Shown here: piece by piece, positions 53,452-63,170 of the stretch
Layout: the number at the start of each line of letters is the position of its first letter
Numbering within the stretch: the first letter of the stretch is position 1
From: a virus
Virus record (IMG/VR): IMGVR_UViG_3300049016_000031
Coordinates: 7,362-71,361 of that record
Direction: 5' to 3' (one strand)
Length of the DNA: 64,000 nucleotides
Made by a program: the position numbers and the translations under genes
The notes under the pieces: generated by a model
Told to the model about the DNA's origin: nothing
Seen by the model: only the letters and a program-made list of their open reading frames with translations
Database searches by the model: none

Positions 53452-53934
53452 ATGTCAGATATAAAACAAAAACTTGGCACAACAAATCAAGCTTTGACGC
53501 TTACGATAGCATCACTTGCTAACAATGGGCAGCGTGAAAGCACCGTTGTGGACAACACATCGGATAAGTTTCTTAATGCTCTTGTTCAACTCAAGATCAA
53601 ATCTGGTGCAGCGTCTACCTCTGCGACTGGGTATGTTGAAGTGTATGCCTATGGCACCACAGATGACGGCACCACGTATGGCGATAACGCTACAGGGACT
53701 GATGCTGGTATTACACTTACCGACCCACCAAATCTTCGCCCAATTGGTCGCGTCAACGTGGTCGCCAATGCCACGACCTACAAGAGTAATCCAATGAGTG
53801 TTGCTGCTGCGTTTGGTGGCGTGCTTCCAGCGAAGTGGGGAATTGTTATTGTTAATAAGACTGGTGGAACGTTAGATGCTACTGGTGGTAATCATTCAGC
53901 AATTTATCAGGGAGTAAAAGCAGAGGTTGTATGA
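53452..53934 (+). CDS. tail protein (160 aa)
   Basis: Clean ORF. Confidence 0.45.
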   Translation: MSDIKQKLGTTNQALTLTIASLANNGQRESTVVDNTSDKFLNALVQLKIKSGAASTSATGYVEVYAYGTTDDGTTYGDNATGTDAGITLTDPPNLRPIGRVNVVANATTYKSNPMSVAAAFGGVLPAKWGIVIVNKTGGTLDATGGNHSAIYQGVKAEVV

Positions 53935-54770
53935 TAATCTTCCCAGAAAAAAATCACTCAATAAAACCTGTTCTGGGAGTCCAACTTGATAGAGGGCATC
54001 CATTAGCAGGTGGTCTCGTAGGTTGCTGGCTGTTTAATGAGGGCGGCGGGAATGTTGTTCAGAATCTGGCTGGCTTTTCCAGAGCAACATTTGTTGGGAC
54101 TCCTACATGGGGACAAGGTAGGTATGGACAAGGGTTGAGTTTTCCAGGCGGTTCCGGCTCCTACGTTGGGGTTCCTTTTGAGACTTTACAAAACGCCGGT
54201 CGCATCACCTTAGCAGCTTGGGTTAAGACGGCTAGCGGAGCAGCAAATACCACCATCATTGATAGGGATACAGAATCTGCACCGAATAGAATTTTTCAAT
54301 TTACACTGACCAATAGCAGTGCCAATCTTCGAATCATACCATTCTATTCAGGTGCGCCCGTTACCACCATGATCGGTTCTGCTAGCGTCAATGATGGCAA
54401 ATGGCACCATGTCGCTGCTGTGCTTGATGGCGTCAACGCCAGACTTTACGTTGATGGCGTGTTGGATTTCACGGTTGCTGAAACCCGCGCCCTGGACTCG
54501 GCAGGTACCGCAGGGTTGAGAATTGGCGCGCATTCCGACGGCTCAGCAGTAAACGGTTTTGACGGGCAAATAGATGAGGTGCTGATATGGAATCGCGGGC
54601 TGTCTTATGAAGAAATTCAATGGCTCGTTGTTAATCCATTCGACATGGTCGTAGGAACTACTGAAATAAGCGCAATGGAAGTTCCTCCAATAGTTGCACC
54701 TCCACTTGATTCTTGGCATCCAGCAATAGAACAACCATATCCTGATGTTTTGAAGGTTATACCCTACTAA
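53931..54770 (+). CDS. LamG/concanavalin-A-like lectin domain tail protein
   Basis: GGLVGCWLFNEGGGNVV...LSFPGGSGSYV...KWHHVAAVLDGVNARLYVDGVL is the typical LamG signature. Confidence 0.6.
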   Translation: MIIFPEKNHSIKPVLGVQLDRGHPLAGGLVGCWLFNEGGGNVVQNLAGFSRATFVGTPTWGQGRYGQGLSFPGGSGSYVGVPFETLQNAGRITLAAWVKTASGAANTTIIDRDTESAPNRIFQFTLTNSSANLRIIPFYSGAPVTTMIGSASVNDGKWHHVAAVLDGVNARLYVDGVLDFTVAETRALDSAGTAGLRIGAHSDGSAVNGFDGQIDEVLIWNRGLSYEEIQWLVVNPFDMVVGTTEISAMEVPPIVAPPLDSWHPAIEQPYPDVLKVIPY

Positions 54771-55090
54771 TGATAAAAAAATGGTTATACGAAGAAGCGC
54801 AAGCGCCTCCGCAGGACACTACAGTTCTGCCTCCGGCCCCTGTACCCTTCTTGCCATTTTTAGAAACCTATGTTTGGAGAAAACGCCGACCTCCCCACGA
54901 AACTTATGGTGTGGGCCCATCGGCAGCTACTTTCCAAATTAATGAGTACACCTTTTCCGTAGAGTCATCTGTTGATATTGGGTCGCAACTTGACACAAAT
55001 AATCTAGAATCCTCTGCGTCGGTGCGAGGCGGGAATGGAACAATTGCCCTTTATGATATAATTTCTGAACTATTAGACGAGGCTAGATGA
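54770..55090 (+). CDS. hypothetical tail protein (106 aa)
   Basis: TAATG overlap with the upstream gene. Confidence 0.4.
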   Translation: MIKKWLYEEAQAPPQDTTVLPPAPVPFLPFLETYVWRKRRPPHETYGVGPSAATFQINEYTFSVESSVDIGSQLDTNNLESSASVRGGNGTIALYDIISELLDEAR

Positions 55091-56877
55091 GAGATTATAA
55101 TGTCTACAGCAGAATAATTATTGATGATGTTGAAATTCCTATAACAAATTTTGACTACTCGGCCGAGGCTGGGCAACTCTCCGACCGATTGATATTTGGG
55201 TTAGCGGACATCTCACTTGACTTATCCGACACTGAAGAAATTAGTTTTGAAATTGGAATCGAAGTTGGGGGGTCTATAAATTGGGCAACAATTATTTCAG
55301 GCGGTATATTTGCCGGGGAGTCAAAAGTTATCCGTTGGCCTGGTGACGACCGGACTGTAACTATTTCTGGGTCGCTAGCCGATAAGTGGGACCTCGCCCC
55401 TGAGCAACAAATAGTATTGTACGACCCAGAGGTGGTCGACCCGATTTCCATTTTTGGGTCCGCCCCATCTGAGCTAATTGATGAGAATTACAATACAATT
55501 GAGCCGCTCTTGGTTTCAAAGACTGACTTTGATCTCCACCAGTTACTCAACTATATCTATGTTGATAAACTCGGGTTTAATAGTGTTATAACGAATATTG
55601 AAACGTACAGACTCAATTCAATAAACATAGGAGTCGAACAATCCTTTCACTCAGTAGCCGCGCAAGAAGTTGGAATATTTGAACCTAAGTATCATGTAGA
55701 TGATTTCAATAATATTTGGATAACCGACCCACAAGGAATTTTACCTCCAGCTTTGCCAATTCGCCAATTATCATCCAGTAAATACGCAGAGTTTCAAAAA
55801 TCTTCGCAGCGTTCTAGACTTGTTAATTGCGTAATTTTAGACTTCGGTGAAAATTTTGTTGCTGGGTCGCAAGAACCCACTCCTAGAACAGAGCAAGAAA
55901 CAATTGAAACTGGTACGTATGGTCAGTTAGGGTGGCAGAGAACTACAATTACTAGGTATATTTTTGATTTTTTTGAAGATTTGGACCGCCCGACCCTTGC
56001 GACTAGATCTGTTGTGTATAGGGAAGTCACCAATGTTTCTGCTAGAGCGGATGACCTGGTAAGGGTCGTATCCATTGAAGATAAGGAGGACCTCTTCAAG
56101 TATGACTACAAGCTAAAGGTCGGATACACAAAAACAACGCAATTGTACTGTAAGCTTCCCGGAACAAGTGCAAAAATGAGGTCTGTTCAGACCGAGTCGA
56201 GTAGGATTAATTGGGAATCCTTAAATACGCCCGGCGAGTTTCTTAAGAAGTCAGAGATTCTTGATGTATCAGGAATTGTATTAGAATTTGACGATGGGGA
56301 CGGTAATCTCAGGCGTCAATCATTATTTGATGCTAATAGGCTTAACGAAGTTCCTGAAACAGATGATGACGTAACACTACTTACAGGGCGAGCGATTTCG
56401 ACCAGGATAGATGTATTTAGCAACAGGGGCAGGGATCAGATAGAAGTGATGACCCAAGAAATCAATCACCTCGAGGACCAGGCACCAACAAATCAAAATG
56501 CAACATTCCAGCACACAGGAACTATACAAGTTCGCGGGTCGGGATCCAATGGTCAGAGGCGAAGAATACGAATCCCCAAAGGTGACGGGCCGTTTAGAAC
56601 GCCTGTAGTTATTAACGCAGGAAATTTACCCCTGGGTCGGGCGCGGCAAATTGCTGATCGTATCCTTGACCGCCAAGGGCAGGACCCCTCGATCGTGTCT
56701 ATAGAGCCTGCTGGATTGGACCTCTCTGCCAGGCGGGGTAGTCTTCGGCGTGTTCTGGATAGGGAAGAAGTTGAACACCTAGCAATGATTGCTGGAATTA
56801 GTATCTCAGGGAGAAGTCTTGGAACACCGGAATTTAACGTAGTTATGAGAATGACTGGAGTGATTATAAATGAGTAA
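55087..56877 (+). CDS. large tail/baseplate protein (596 aa)
   Basis: Assigned by position and size. Confidence 0.5.
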   Translation: MRDYNVYSRIIIDDVEIPITNFDYSAEAGQLSDRLIFGLADISLDLSDTEEISFEIGIEVGGSINWATIISGGIFAGESKVIRWPGDDRTVTISGSLADKWDLAPEQQIVLYDPEVVDPISIFGSAPSELIDENYNTIEPLLVSKTDFDLHQLLNYIYVDKLGFNSVITNIETYRLNSINIGVEQSFHSVAAQEVGIFEPKYHVDDFNNIWITDPQGILPPALPIRQLSSSKYAEFQKSSQRSRLVNCVILDFGENFVAGSQEPTPRTEQETIETGTYGQLGWQRTTITRYIFDFFEDLDRPTLATRSVVYREVTNVSARADDLVRVVSIEDKEDLFKYDYKLKVGYTKTTQLYCKLPGTSAKMRSVQTESSRINWESLNTPGEFLKKSEILDVSGIVLEFDDGDGNLRRQSLFDANRLNEVPETDDDVTLLTGRAISTRIDVFSNRGRDQIEVMTQEINHLEDQAPTNQNATFQHTGTIQVRGSGSNGQRRRIRIPKGDGPFRTPVVINAGNLPLGRARQIADRILDRQGQDPSIVSIEPAGLDLSARRGSLRRVLDREEVEHLAMIAGISISGRSLGTPEFNVVMRMTGVIINE

Positions 56878-58345
56878 CTCCAAAGTTACTGTCACTATAA
56901 CCAAGCCCAAAGCGGCAAATAGGTCTAAGTTGCGACCCGTGGAGGGCCGGAGGTACGGCCCATTTTCAAGACTCAGGAAAGAATCAAAGCGCCGACCCAG
57001 AGGTGACTTGCTGGTGTATTTTGTAAATTTACAGGGCAAGTTCAGTAGAACAAATCCATTTTTCGCAACTCCGAGACAGGAATTGAAGTATTTACACGAT
57101 TGGAATAGCACTCCAGCAGCGTTCCCGTTATCTGGCTTTCTTAACCTTGGAAAAGCAACAGACGTGCGCCGTTACTCTGATTCTACCAACTTCGTAGTGT
57201 ATAGACAGGCGTGGGATCGGCATCCTCTGCCATACTCAAATGCGTCGGATTACGGTATTTCATTGCAGTTGGCCGGACAAGAGAAAGTATTGGCGCCAAG
57301 TAACTCAGCCTGGAAGGAGTACTCCCCGTACTTAACTCAAGCTGATTTATTGGAGAGACAAGCCAATGGTGAAGACGTGACTGAAGAGTTGGCTGACAAT
57401 GCCCTAGAGATAGAAGAGTGGGAGGCATTGTATGATACACCGGAAACATTCTGGATAGAACCGAATGTTACATGGCATCGAAATTGGGGTTATTACTCTA
57501 AGAAAATTTCTTCAAAATTAACTTATGCTGTACTAAATACCGGACAGGCATTCGAGCCCTACGACCCTTTCGATACGGACAATTACAAGGTCACTGAGGG
57601 AAACACTTATGGGTCGGATGAAGTCGCTGCCCCAAAGTTGGACCCCTCGGTCGCCAATGACCTGAGAATAGGACTTATCCCGAGAATTTGGGAATACACT
57701 CTTAATTATACTTCATGGCACGCACAGGAGCTATTTAGTCCAAGTGAACTTCGTATTTGGAAACGTTCAGCTAGTTATAATGGGGAACTATGCAGTATAA
57801 CTACTCCATATTTTAGGTATTTAGTTCCAGGCCCGTATCAAGGAATAAATAAATTTACTGTTAATGATCCAGAATACCCTGACGGTGTATTTCATCCATC
57901 TGGTTTTCTTTCAAATGTTCAAAATAATTTTTCGTACGTAGAAACAAACGGTTTGCCAATAAATTTTGATGATGTTCACCTGTTCAACAAAGTAGGAGGT
58001 CCAGACGGCTCATCTGGAGTGTCTACTAGTGGGCTCGGCTTTGCAAATTTAGAAGATGAGGCTTTTGAGGATGATCCAGAAGAACCCGGTCAACCTCGTA
58101 TACTTTTTGAAAGGTCTGATTCAACCATTAGCGTAACAGAAAAAGATTTATCTCCAGGTGATTTGGTTGGATTTTTTAGTTTCAATAGTGCAGGGTATCA
58201 CGTATGGAAAAAAACTGCTGAGTCGAGGGGCGCGTCAATTTATTCAGGAGTTTTCGATAATTACAGCGGAAATATTTGGAAAAGTCGCCAACGAGACTTT
58301 GAAGATTACGACCCTTCAAGTCTTTATGTACATCTTAGCGCATAG
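56870..58345 (+). CDS. large tail/baseplate or receptor-binding protein (491 aa)
   Basis: Assigned by position and size. Aromatic-rich. Confidence 0.5.
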   Translation: MSNSKVTVTITKPKAANRSKLRPVEGRRYGPFSRLRKESKRRPRGDLLVYFVNLQGKFSRTNPFFATPRQELKYLHDWNSTPAAFPLSGFLNLGKATDVRRYSDSTNFVVYRQAWDRHPLPYSNASDYGISLQLAGQEKVLAPSNSAWKEYSPYLTQADLLERQANGEDVTEELADNALEIEEWEALYDTPETFWIEPNVTWHRNWGYYSKKISSKLTYAVLNTGQAFEPYDPFDTDNYKVTEGNTYGSDEVAAPKLDPSVANDLRIGLIPRIWEYTLNYTSWHAQELFSPSELRIWKRSASYNGELCSITTPYFRYLVPGPYQGINKFTVNDPEYPDGVFHPSGFLSNVQNNFSYVETNGLPINFDDVHLFNKVGGPDGSSGVSTSGLGFANLEDEAFEDDPEEPGQPRILFERSDSTISVTEKDLSPGDLVGFFSFNSAGYHVWKKTAESRGASIYSGVFDNYSGNIWKSRQRDFEDYDPSSLYVHLSA

Positions 58346-58352
58346 GTGAATT

Positions 58353-58682
58353 ATGAATTTAGAAGAAGTTGGATATATGTCGTACGACCTTGTGGCAAAT
58401 CAAGTGTCAGACATAGTGGTGCTAGGAGTAAGCATACCAGCCAATGGGTCGGGCCGCCTGGTATCTGGAACTAGTTTGAGTATTAAGATAAAGGCGAGAG
58501 AGACAGGGTCTAGTGACCCGTGGGTCGATCTCTCGGTAGGAATAGATTTGTCAAGCTACCCAGTAAGCACAGAGGTAGATTTTGACTTCAGGGCTGAAGC
58601 ACAAAGCGTAGACACACTTGTAAGAGGTGTAATTGGAATCTCAGTCATAGAGGATATTTTTTCAGCTAATTGGTTAGAATAA
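58353..58682 (+). CDS. hypothetical protein (109 aa)
   Basis: Clean ORF at the end of the tail module. Confidence 0.4.
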   Translation: MNLEEVGYMSYDLVANQVSDIVVLGVSIPANGSGRLVSGTSLSIKIKARETGSSDPWVDLSVGIDLSSYPVSTEVDFDFRAEAQSVDTLVRGVIGISVIEDIFSANWLE

Positions 58683-58744
58683 ATGTGTTAATAAACGCTG
58701 AATCAGTGTAAAATATCTATATATTAAGTAACCAAAGGAATAAG

Positions 58745-59185
58745 ATGGAAATTCAAGTTCTCAACGAATCAGTCCGCGCGCTTACTGAAAGAGTTAACCA
58801 AGAATTTGAGAAACGAAGCCAACAGTTCGGCACGGTTCATGAAAAACTTGATAGCATGGGCGCTGAAATACACAAGAATGTCGTAGAGTTAGCGATCATT
58901 AAGGAAAAAGTTGACCGCGTTCATAAGACTGTTCATGAGGATAACGGAAGACCAGCTATGACTACGCGAATTGTTCAGCTAGAGGACTCAATTAAATTTC
59001 ATGGCGAGTCTATATCATCTGTACGGAATTGGGTAGACAACGAGGGCCGGGACCTTGTAAGTAATTCGACGATTAAATTAGAGTCCATGAGGTCGAGGTG
59101 GACATTTCGCGGTCTTGTTGCTGTGGCAATAATTACTTTGATTGGAACCTTAATTGTATCACTATTAAATTACATAAAGGATTAG
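58745..59185 (+). CDS. XhlA-like / holin-associated membrane protein
   Basis: N-terminal coiled coil plus a single C-terminal TM segment (LVAVAIITLIGTLIVSLL), immediately upstream of the lysozyme gene. Confidence 0.5.
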   Translation: MEIQVLNESVRALTERVNQEFEKRSQQFGTVHEKLDSMGAEIHKNVVELAIIKEKVDRVHKTVHEDNGRPAMTTRIVQLEDSIKFHGESISSVRNWVDNEGRDLVSNSTIKLESMRSRWTFRGLVAVAIITLIGTLIVSLLNYIKD

Positions 59186-59186
59186 T

Positions 59187-60020
59187 ATGAAAAAAATAAG
59201 CCGAGTGGGAATTGAACTTCTTCATTCTAGTGAGGCATGTGTTCTTACGAGGTACAAGGACACAGCTGGTTTATGGACAATTGGTTGGGGTCATCTAATT
59301 AAACCTGGAGAGAGTTATGTTAAGATCACCAAACAGGAAGCCAATGCAATTTTTCTACGAGACCTTATTGCCTTTGAAAACGCTGTTGTTGATGGGGTTA
59401 AGGTTCCAATAGGACAAAATCAGTATGACGCCCTAGTGTCGATTGCCTTTAATATCGGGGTAGGTGCCTTCCTGAGGTCAACCCTACTCAAGAAGTTGAA
59501 CCGCGGTGACTACCTCGGAGCAGCTGACCAGTTTTTAGTTTGGAACAAGTCTGGTGGTAAACTTACAAAGGGACTAGAAAATCGACGCAAACGGGAACGC
59601 GCTCTCTTTCTAAGGTCGGAAACCGGGTCGACCCAAGTGGATGTTCCTGACACTGACGAACCAGTCATCCCCTTGGAAGCGGTAATAGAGCAGCAAAAGA
59701 GTGTTCCTGAACTATCGGCTGTTGAACCTGCCTCCATTATGAAACGACTCGAGGACGCCGCGACCCGGGTTCAAGCTTCACCGCTAACTACAGTTGTCCA
59801 AGCATCAGTAAATTCTGAAAAGCGCACTTGGGTCGTAAGGTTTTTGAGCGGCTTTGCAAGTCTTCAAACTGTAATGACTTGGATCACAGGCCACATTACT
59901 ATTTCAATCCTTATATTTACTGCCCTAGTTGTTGGAGCTGGACTTTTGATATTTTGGCTTTGGGGCAAGTCCGACTCTCAGCGCCGAGAGCTTGCTTCTA
60001 AGGAGGGGGTAATAAAATGA
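59187..60020 (+). CDS. endolysin, GH24 (T4-lysozyme-like) muramidase with C-terminal transmembrane segment
   Basis: E-8aa-D-5aa-T catalytic triad in SEACVLTRYKDTAGLWTIGWGHL. C-terminal TM segment ISILIFTALVVGAGLLIFWLW. Confidence 0.75.
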   Translation: MKKISRVGIELLHSSEACVLTRYKDTAGLWTIGWGHLIKPGESYVKITKQEANAIFLRDLIAFENAVVDGVKVPIGQNQYDALVSIAFNIGVGAFLRSTLLKKLNRGDYLGAADQFLVWNKSGGKLTKGLENRRKRERALFLRSETGSTQVDVPDTDEPVIPLEAVIEQQKSVPELSAVEPASIMKRLEDAATRVQASPLTTVVQASVNSEKRTWVVRFLSGFASLQTVMTWITGHITISILIFTALVVGAGLLIFWLWGKSDSQRRELASKEGVIK

Positions 60021-60436
60021 CGCGGTATAAGATTGCTTCCTTAATTCTTGTAGTTATTTTAGGATTTGTCTTAGCAATTTTTTTGCATAATAAAATCGAC
60101 AAGAGAAAATTAGAGCAATTAAATGATAAAATTAAATCACTTGAAGAGGATGTACTCAGGTCGGAAGCCGCCTCGAGTTCAGCCGAAGCCCAGAGGGATG
60201 AGTATAAAAAGCAAGCAGACGAAATACTTCCAAAGATTCGTGAAGTAGAATCTGGATTAATTCAAATTAATAAGAGTATCGAGAGTACAAATAATTCAAT
60301 TAAGAATGAAAGGAATCGGCATGAAAATATTAAAGTTAACAGGAATCCTAATAACTCTGTTTTGGATGAGTTCAACAGGGCTTGCGCAAGACTCAAGGAA
60401 GCCGGTCTCATCGACCCAAACAGTCCCTGTAACTAA
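60017..60436 (+). CDS. i-spanin-like protein (N-terminal TM + coiled coil)
   Basis: Sequence MTRYKIASLILVVILGFVLAIFL followed by a coiled coil. ATG overlaps the lysozyme stop. Confidence 0.5.
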   Translation: MTRYKIASLILVVILGFVLAIFLHNKIDKRKLEQLNDKIKSLEEDVLRSEAASSSAEAQRDEYKKQADEILPKIREVESGLIQINKSIESTNNSIKNERNRHENIKVNRNPNNSVLDEFNRACARLKEAGLIDPNSPCN

Positions 60437-60803
60437 GTCCTTTGTGACTGGGTGTGCTAATTGTGCAGAAGATCTAATTCATTACAAGAATGAAAATCAA
60501 CTTCTGCTTCAAAAAGTCTCTGAACTTGAATCCAAAGTTATAGGAGAAACAACAAAGACTGGACTAATAAAGTCCAGGTCGGATGCGCTAGAACGCGCAC
60601 TTGAAGCGTCTACCTTAGCCCTAAGCACGCTTAAGGAGGCACTTGCTAGTCAAAAATCAATAACTTTCGCACTAGAGAGTAAGGTCATCATCTTAGAGAA
60701 ACAAAATTCTCGCCTCAAATTCCAACGCAACCTATTCGGCATCGGTGGTTTAGCGATTGGCTTTGGGGCGGGATATTCTTTCGGCGTTCGAATACAATTT
60801 TGA
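60321..60803 (+). CDS. second envelope-disruption candidate (signal peptide + coiled coil + Gly-rich C-terminal hydrophobic segment), overlapping the spanin-like gene out of frame
   Basis: Signal peptide MKILKLTGILITLFWMSSTGLA. C-terminal segment FGIGGLAIGFGAGYSFGV. Overlaps 60017..60436 by about 115 nt in another frame, reminiscent of an Rz/Rz1 arrangement, but no lipobox Cys is present. Confidence 0.4.
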   Translation: MKILKLTGILITLFWMSSTGLAQDSRKPVSSTQTVPVTKSFVTGCANCAEDLIHYKNENQLLLQKVSELESKVIGETTKTGLIKSRSDALERALEASTLALSTLKEALASQKSITFALESKVIILEKQNSRLKFQRNLFGIGGLAIGFGAGYSFGVRIQF

Positions 60804-60813
60804 GGAAATCAAC

Positions 60814-61155
60814 ATGTGGAAATTTATCTGTTTAGTGGCTCTTCTTTTCGGTGTAGTAATAGAATCTCACGGTCAATGCCAACCCGAGCACGCACACCAG
60901 TGGCCGATGGCTGCCCGACCTGTAAAGATTTACTTGATCGATAATTGCGGATTTGATTGGGAGGATAAGTACTTTATAGGTCCGGGAAATAGAATGAACT
61001 TTAGCAAGCACTTCAAACTTTCAATCTGCACAAAAAGAGATGGAATAAATTCATGCGTAATCGCTAAAAGTAACACTCTAAAGCAGGGTGATGAAGTTCT
61101 TGTCTTATACTGTGATAAATGCATGACCGCCATATCTATGACCATTCAAAAATGA
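60814..61155 (+). CDS. secreted Cys-containing protein (113 aa)
   Basis: TGAGGAAATCAAC RBS. Signal peptide MWKFICLVALLFGVVIESHG. Confidence 0.45.
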   Translation: MWKFICLVALLFGVVIESHGQCQPEHAHQWPMAARPVKIYLIDNCGFDWEDKYFIGPGNRMNFSKHFKLSICTKRDGINSCVIAKSNTLKQGDEVLVLYCDKCMTAISMTIQK

Positions 61156-61165
61156 GGTTTCAAAT

Positions 61166-62428
61166 TTGACAAAATCAAAGTCTGACTCATTCGAGTTTAA
61201 TGAATTAGGAAACAAGGCAACTGCCATCTGTTTAACTAGGTCGCCACACACCTTGGAGCAACTAATTAAATTCTGTCAGGTGGACACCAAGGTATGGAGG
61301 GTAGGGAAGTGGAAGGCAATCATACGGGACATGGGGTCGATGCCACGTTCGACCCGGGAAAGTCAGAATGACAAATGGCTCCGACCCTCGAGTAAGCCAA
61401 TCATTACCCCGCTTTACCAGATCAACGCGGAATTTGAGCGAATATCTCCTATTGCTATTAAGTTTCCAGAGGTCCGACCCGTAGAGGTCTCTGTACCAAA
61501 GGCTCCTGCTCTAATCAAAAAGAAGTTGAATAGCGACCTTAGGACAGCACTCATAATACCGGACATGCAGGTAGGATTTCGGCGACACCACAGAACTGGT
61601 GTGCTTACCCCGTTCCACGACCGCCGATGCATGGATATAGTGTGGGCGGTAAACCGGGAGCTTCGCCCGGATAGGGTCGTGCAGCTCGGGGACAACTTCG
61701 ACTTTCCAGAATTTGGTCGCTTTCGAAAACCTCCAGAATTTTACTTCACAGCGCAGCCAGCAATTGCAGAACTCGGAGTCTGGGAAGCAATGCTTGTTAG
61801 AGACAACCCCAAAGCTGAACATGACTATATTGAAGGAAATCACGACGCCCGGTTTGTTAATTCCATTATTGAATACAACACCGCCGCTTACGACCTCCGG
61901 CCCGCAGACGACCTTGATGGTCTTTCACTCTTTTCAGTTCCGCGACTTCTAGGACTTTCAAAGCTAGGAATAAATTACTGGGGTCCCTACCCCGGTGGGG
62001 AAGTTTGGATAAATGACAACCTTATGATGTGCCATGGTCAGGTCGTCAGGTCGGAATCAGGTGCTACGACTAAGACTGTGGTCAAGGATGCGAGGGCGTC
62101 GGAGGGGCAAGGACACATTCATAGGGCTGAGATGGCTTCCAAGACGGTATGGAGTCGAAAGGGTCCTAAGATATACCAGAGCTGGTCTTACGGCACGCTG
62201 GCCAGTCTCGACCCTGGGGCAGTTCCAGGATACAAGCAGAGACAGAACTGGCAGCAAGCTTTTGGTTGGATTGAATATGAAGAAAAAAATGGATTTTTTC
62301 ATTCGCAAGCTCCAATAATTTATGGCAATGTTTCATACTTTAATGGTCGTAAGTGGTATGCTAGAAAAGAAGAACAAATAATAGAAGAAATAGAAGAAAT
62401 TATTGAAGGAAAAGTAAAAATAAGATGA
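61166..62428 (+). CDS. calcineurin-like metallophosphoesterase
   Basis: TTG start. IIPDMQVG, QLGDNFD (GDxxD), EGNHDA (GNHD), CHGQ (GH) and GHIH motifs. Confidence 0.65.
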   Translation: MTKSKSDSFEFNELGNKATAICLTRSPHTLEQLIKFCQVDTKVWRVGKWKAIIRDMGSMPRSTRESQNDKWLRPSSKPIITPLYQINAEFERISPIAIKFPEVRPVEVSVPKAPALIKKKLNSDLRTALIIPDMQVGFRRHHRTGVLTPFHDRRCMDIVWAVNRELRPDRVVQLGDNFDFPEFGRFRKPPEFYFTAQPAIAELGVWEAMLVRDNPKAEHDYIEGNHDARFVNSIIEYNTAAYDLRPADDLDGLSLFSVPRLLGLSKLGINYWGPYPGGEVWINDNLMMCHGQVVRSESGATTKTVVKDARASEGQGHIHRAEMASKTVWSRKGPKIYQSWSYGTLASLDPGAVPGYKQRQNWQQAFGWIEYEEKNGFFHSQAPIIYGNVSYFNGRKWYARKEEQIIEEIEEIIEGKVKIR

Positions 62429-62880
62429 AATTAATCTCTTTAACTCAAGGTTTGTTTGCTAAAATTAGTGACGAAGATTTTGAAATAATAAGTAAATACA
62501 AATGGAAAGCTCACAAAAGTAGAGGAATAACATACGCGTACAGCGGAGATTCTAGAATTTTTGGATCTATGCATAATTTTATTCTTAGTGGCGCTGCAGA
62601 GGTAGACCACAAAAATAGAGACGGATTAGATAATCAAAGAGAAAATATACGACCTTGTACTCATAAACAAAATATGTACAATCAAGGACCTAAAAAATCG
62701 AATTCTACGGGATTTAAGGGAGTATCACAAGATTCTAAAGGAAAATTTATTTCAATGATTAGAACAGATTCTGGAAGATTATATTTAGGTTATTACAACA
62801 CTGCAATAGAAGCAGCTGTAGCTTATGATAAGGCAGCAAAACAGCATCATGGGGATTTTGCGCATCTAAATTTTCCTTAA
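62425..62880 (+). CDS. HNH endonuclease with AP2 DNA-binding domain (homing endonuclease)
   Basis: N-terminal HNH (EVDHKNRDGLDNQRENIRPCTHKQN). C-terminal AP2 (GVSQDSKGKFISMIRTDSGRLYLGYYNTAIEAAVAYDKAAKQHHGDFAHLNF). Confidence 0.65.
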   Translation: MKLISLTQGLFAKISDEDFEIISKYKWKAHKSRGITYAYSGDSRIFGSMHNFILSGAAEVDHKNRDGLDNQRENIRPCTHKQNMYNQGPKKSNSTGFKGVSQDSKGKFISMIRTDSGRLYLGYYNTAIEAAVAYDKAAKQHHGDFAHLNFP

Positions 62881-63170
62881 ACAGTACTCCATTTCAATCC
62901 AGATGACCTGTAACAAGTAACAACTACATTTTGGATGGGGTCAAGAATAAAGATCCAGTCGCTAATTTTTAAGTACTCGTTGCTACCATACGACCTAAGA
63001 AATGCCCGGTTTACCCGATACTCTTTTTTGATCGTGACCGGAATTGCTTTAGACAAAAGTTCTTGAATTTTGGCGCTAGCTTTAACAGTATCAACATGAG
63101 TCCATCCAGCTCTCTCCATAAAGCGTTCAACGCAGTGTGCTGAAATTTCCATTAAAATTCCTCCAAACAT
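62877..63170 (-). CDS. hypothetical protein (97 aa)
   Basis: Minus-strand ORF after the strand switch, with a 19-nt overlap to its upstream neighbour. Confidence 0.4.
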   Translation of the reverse strand: MFGGILMEISAHCVERFMERAGWTHVDTVKASAKIQELLSKAIPVTIKKEYRVNRAFLRSYGSNEYLKISDWIFILDPIQNVVVTCYRSSGLKWSTV

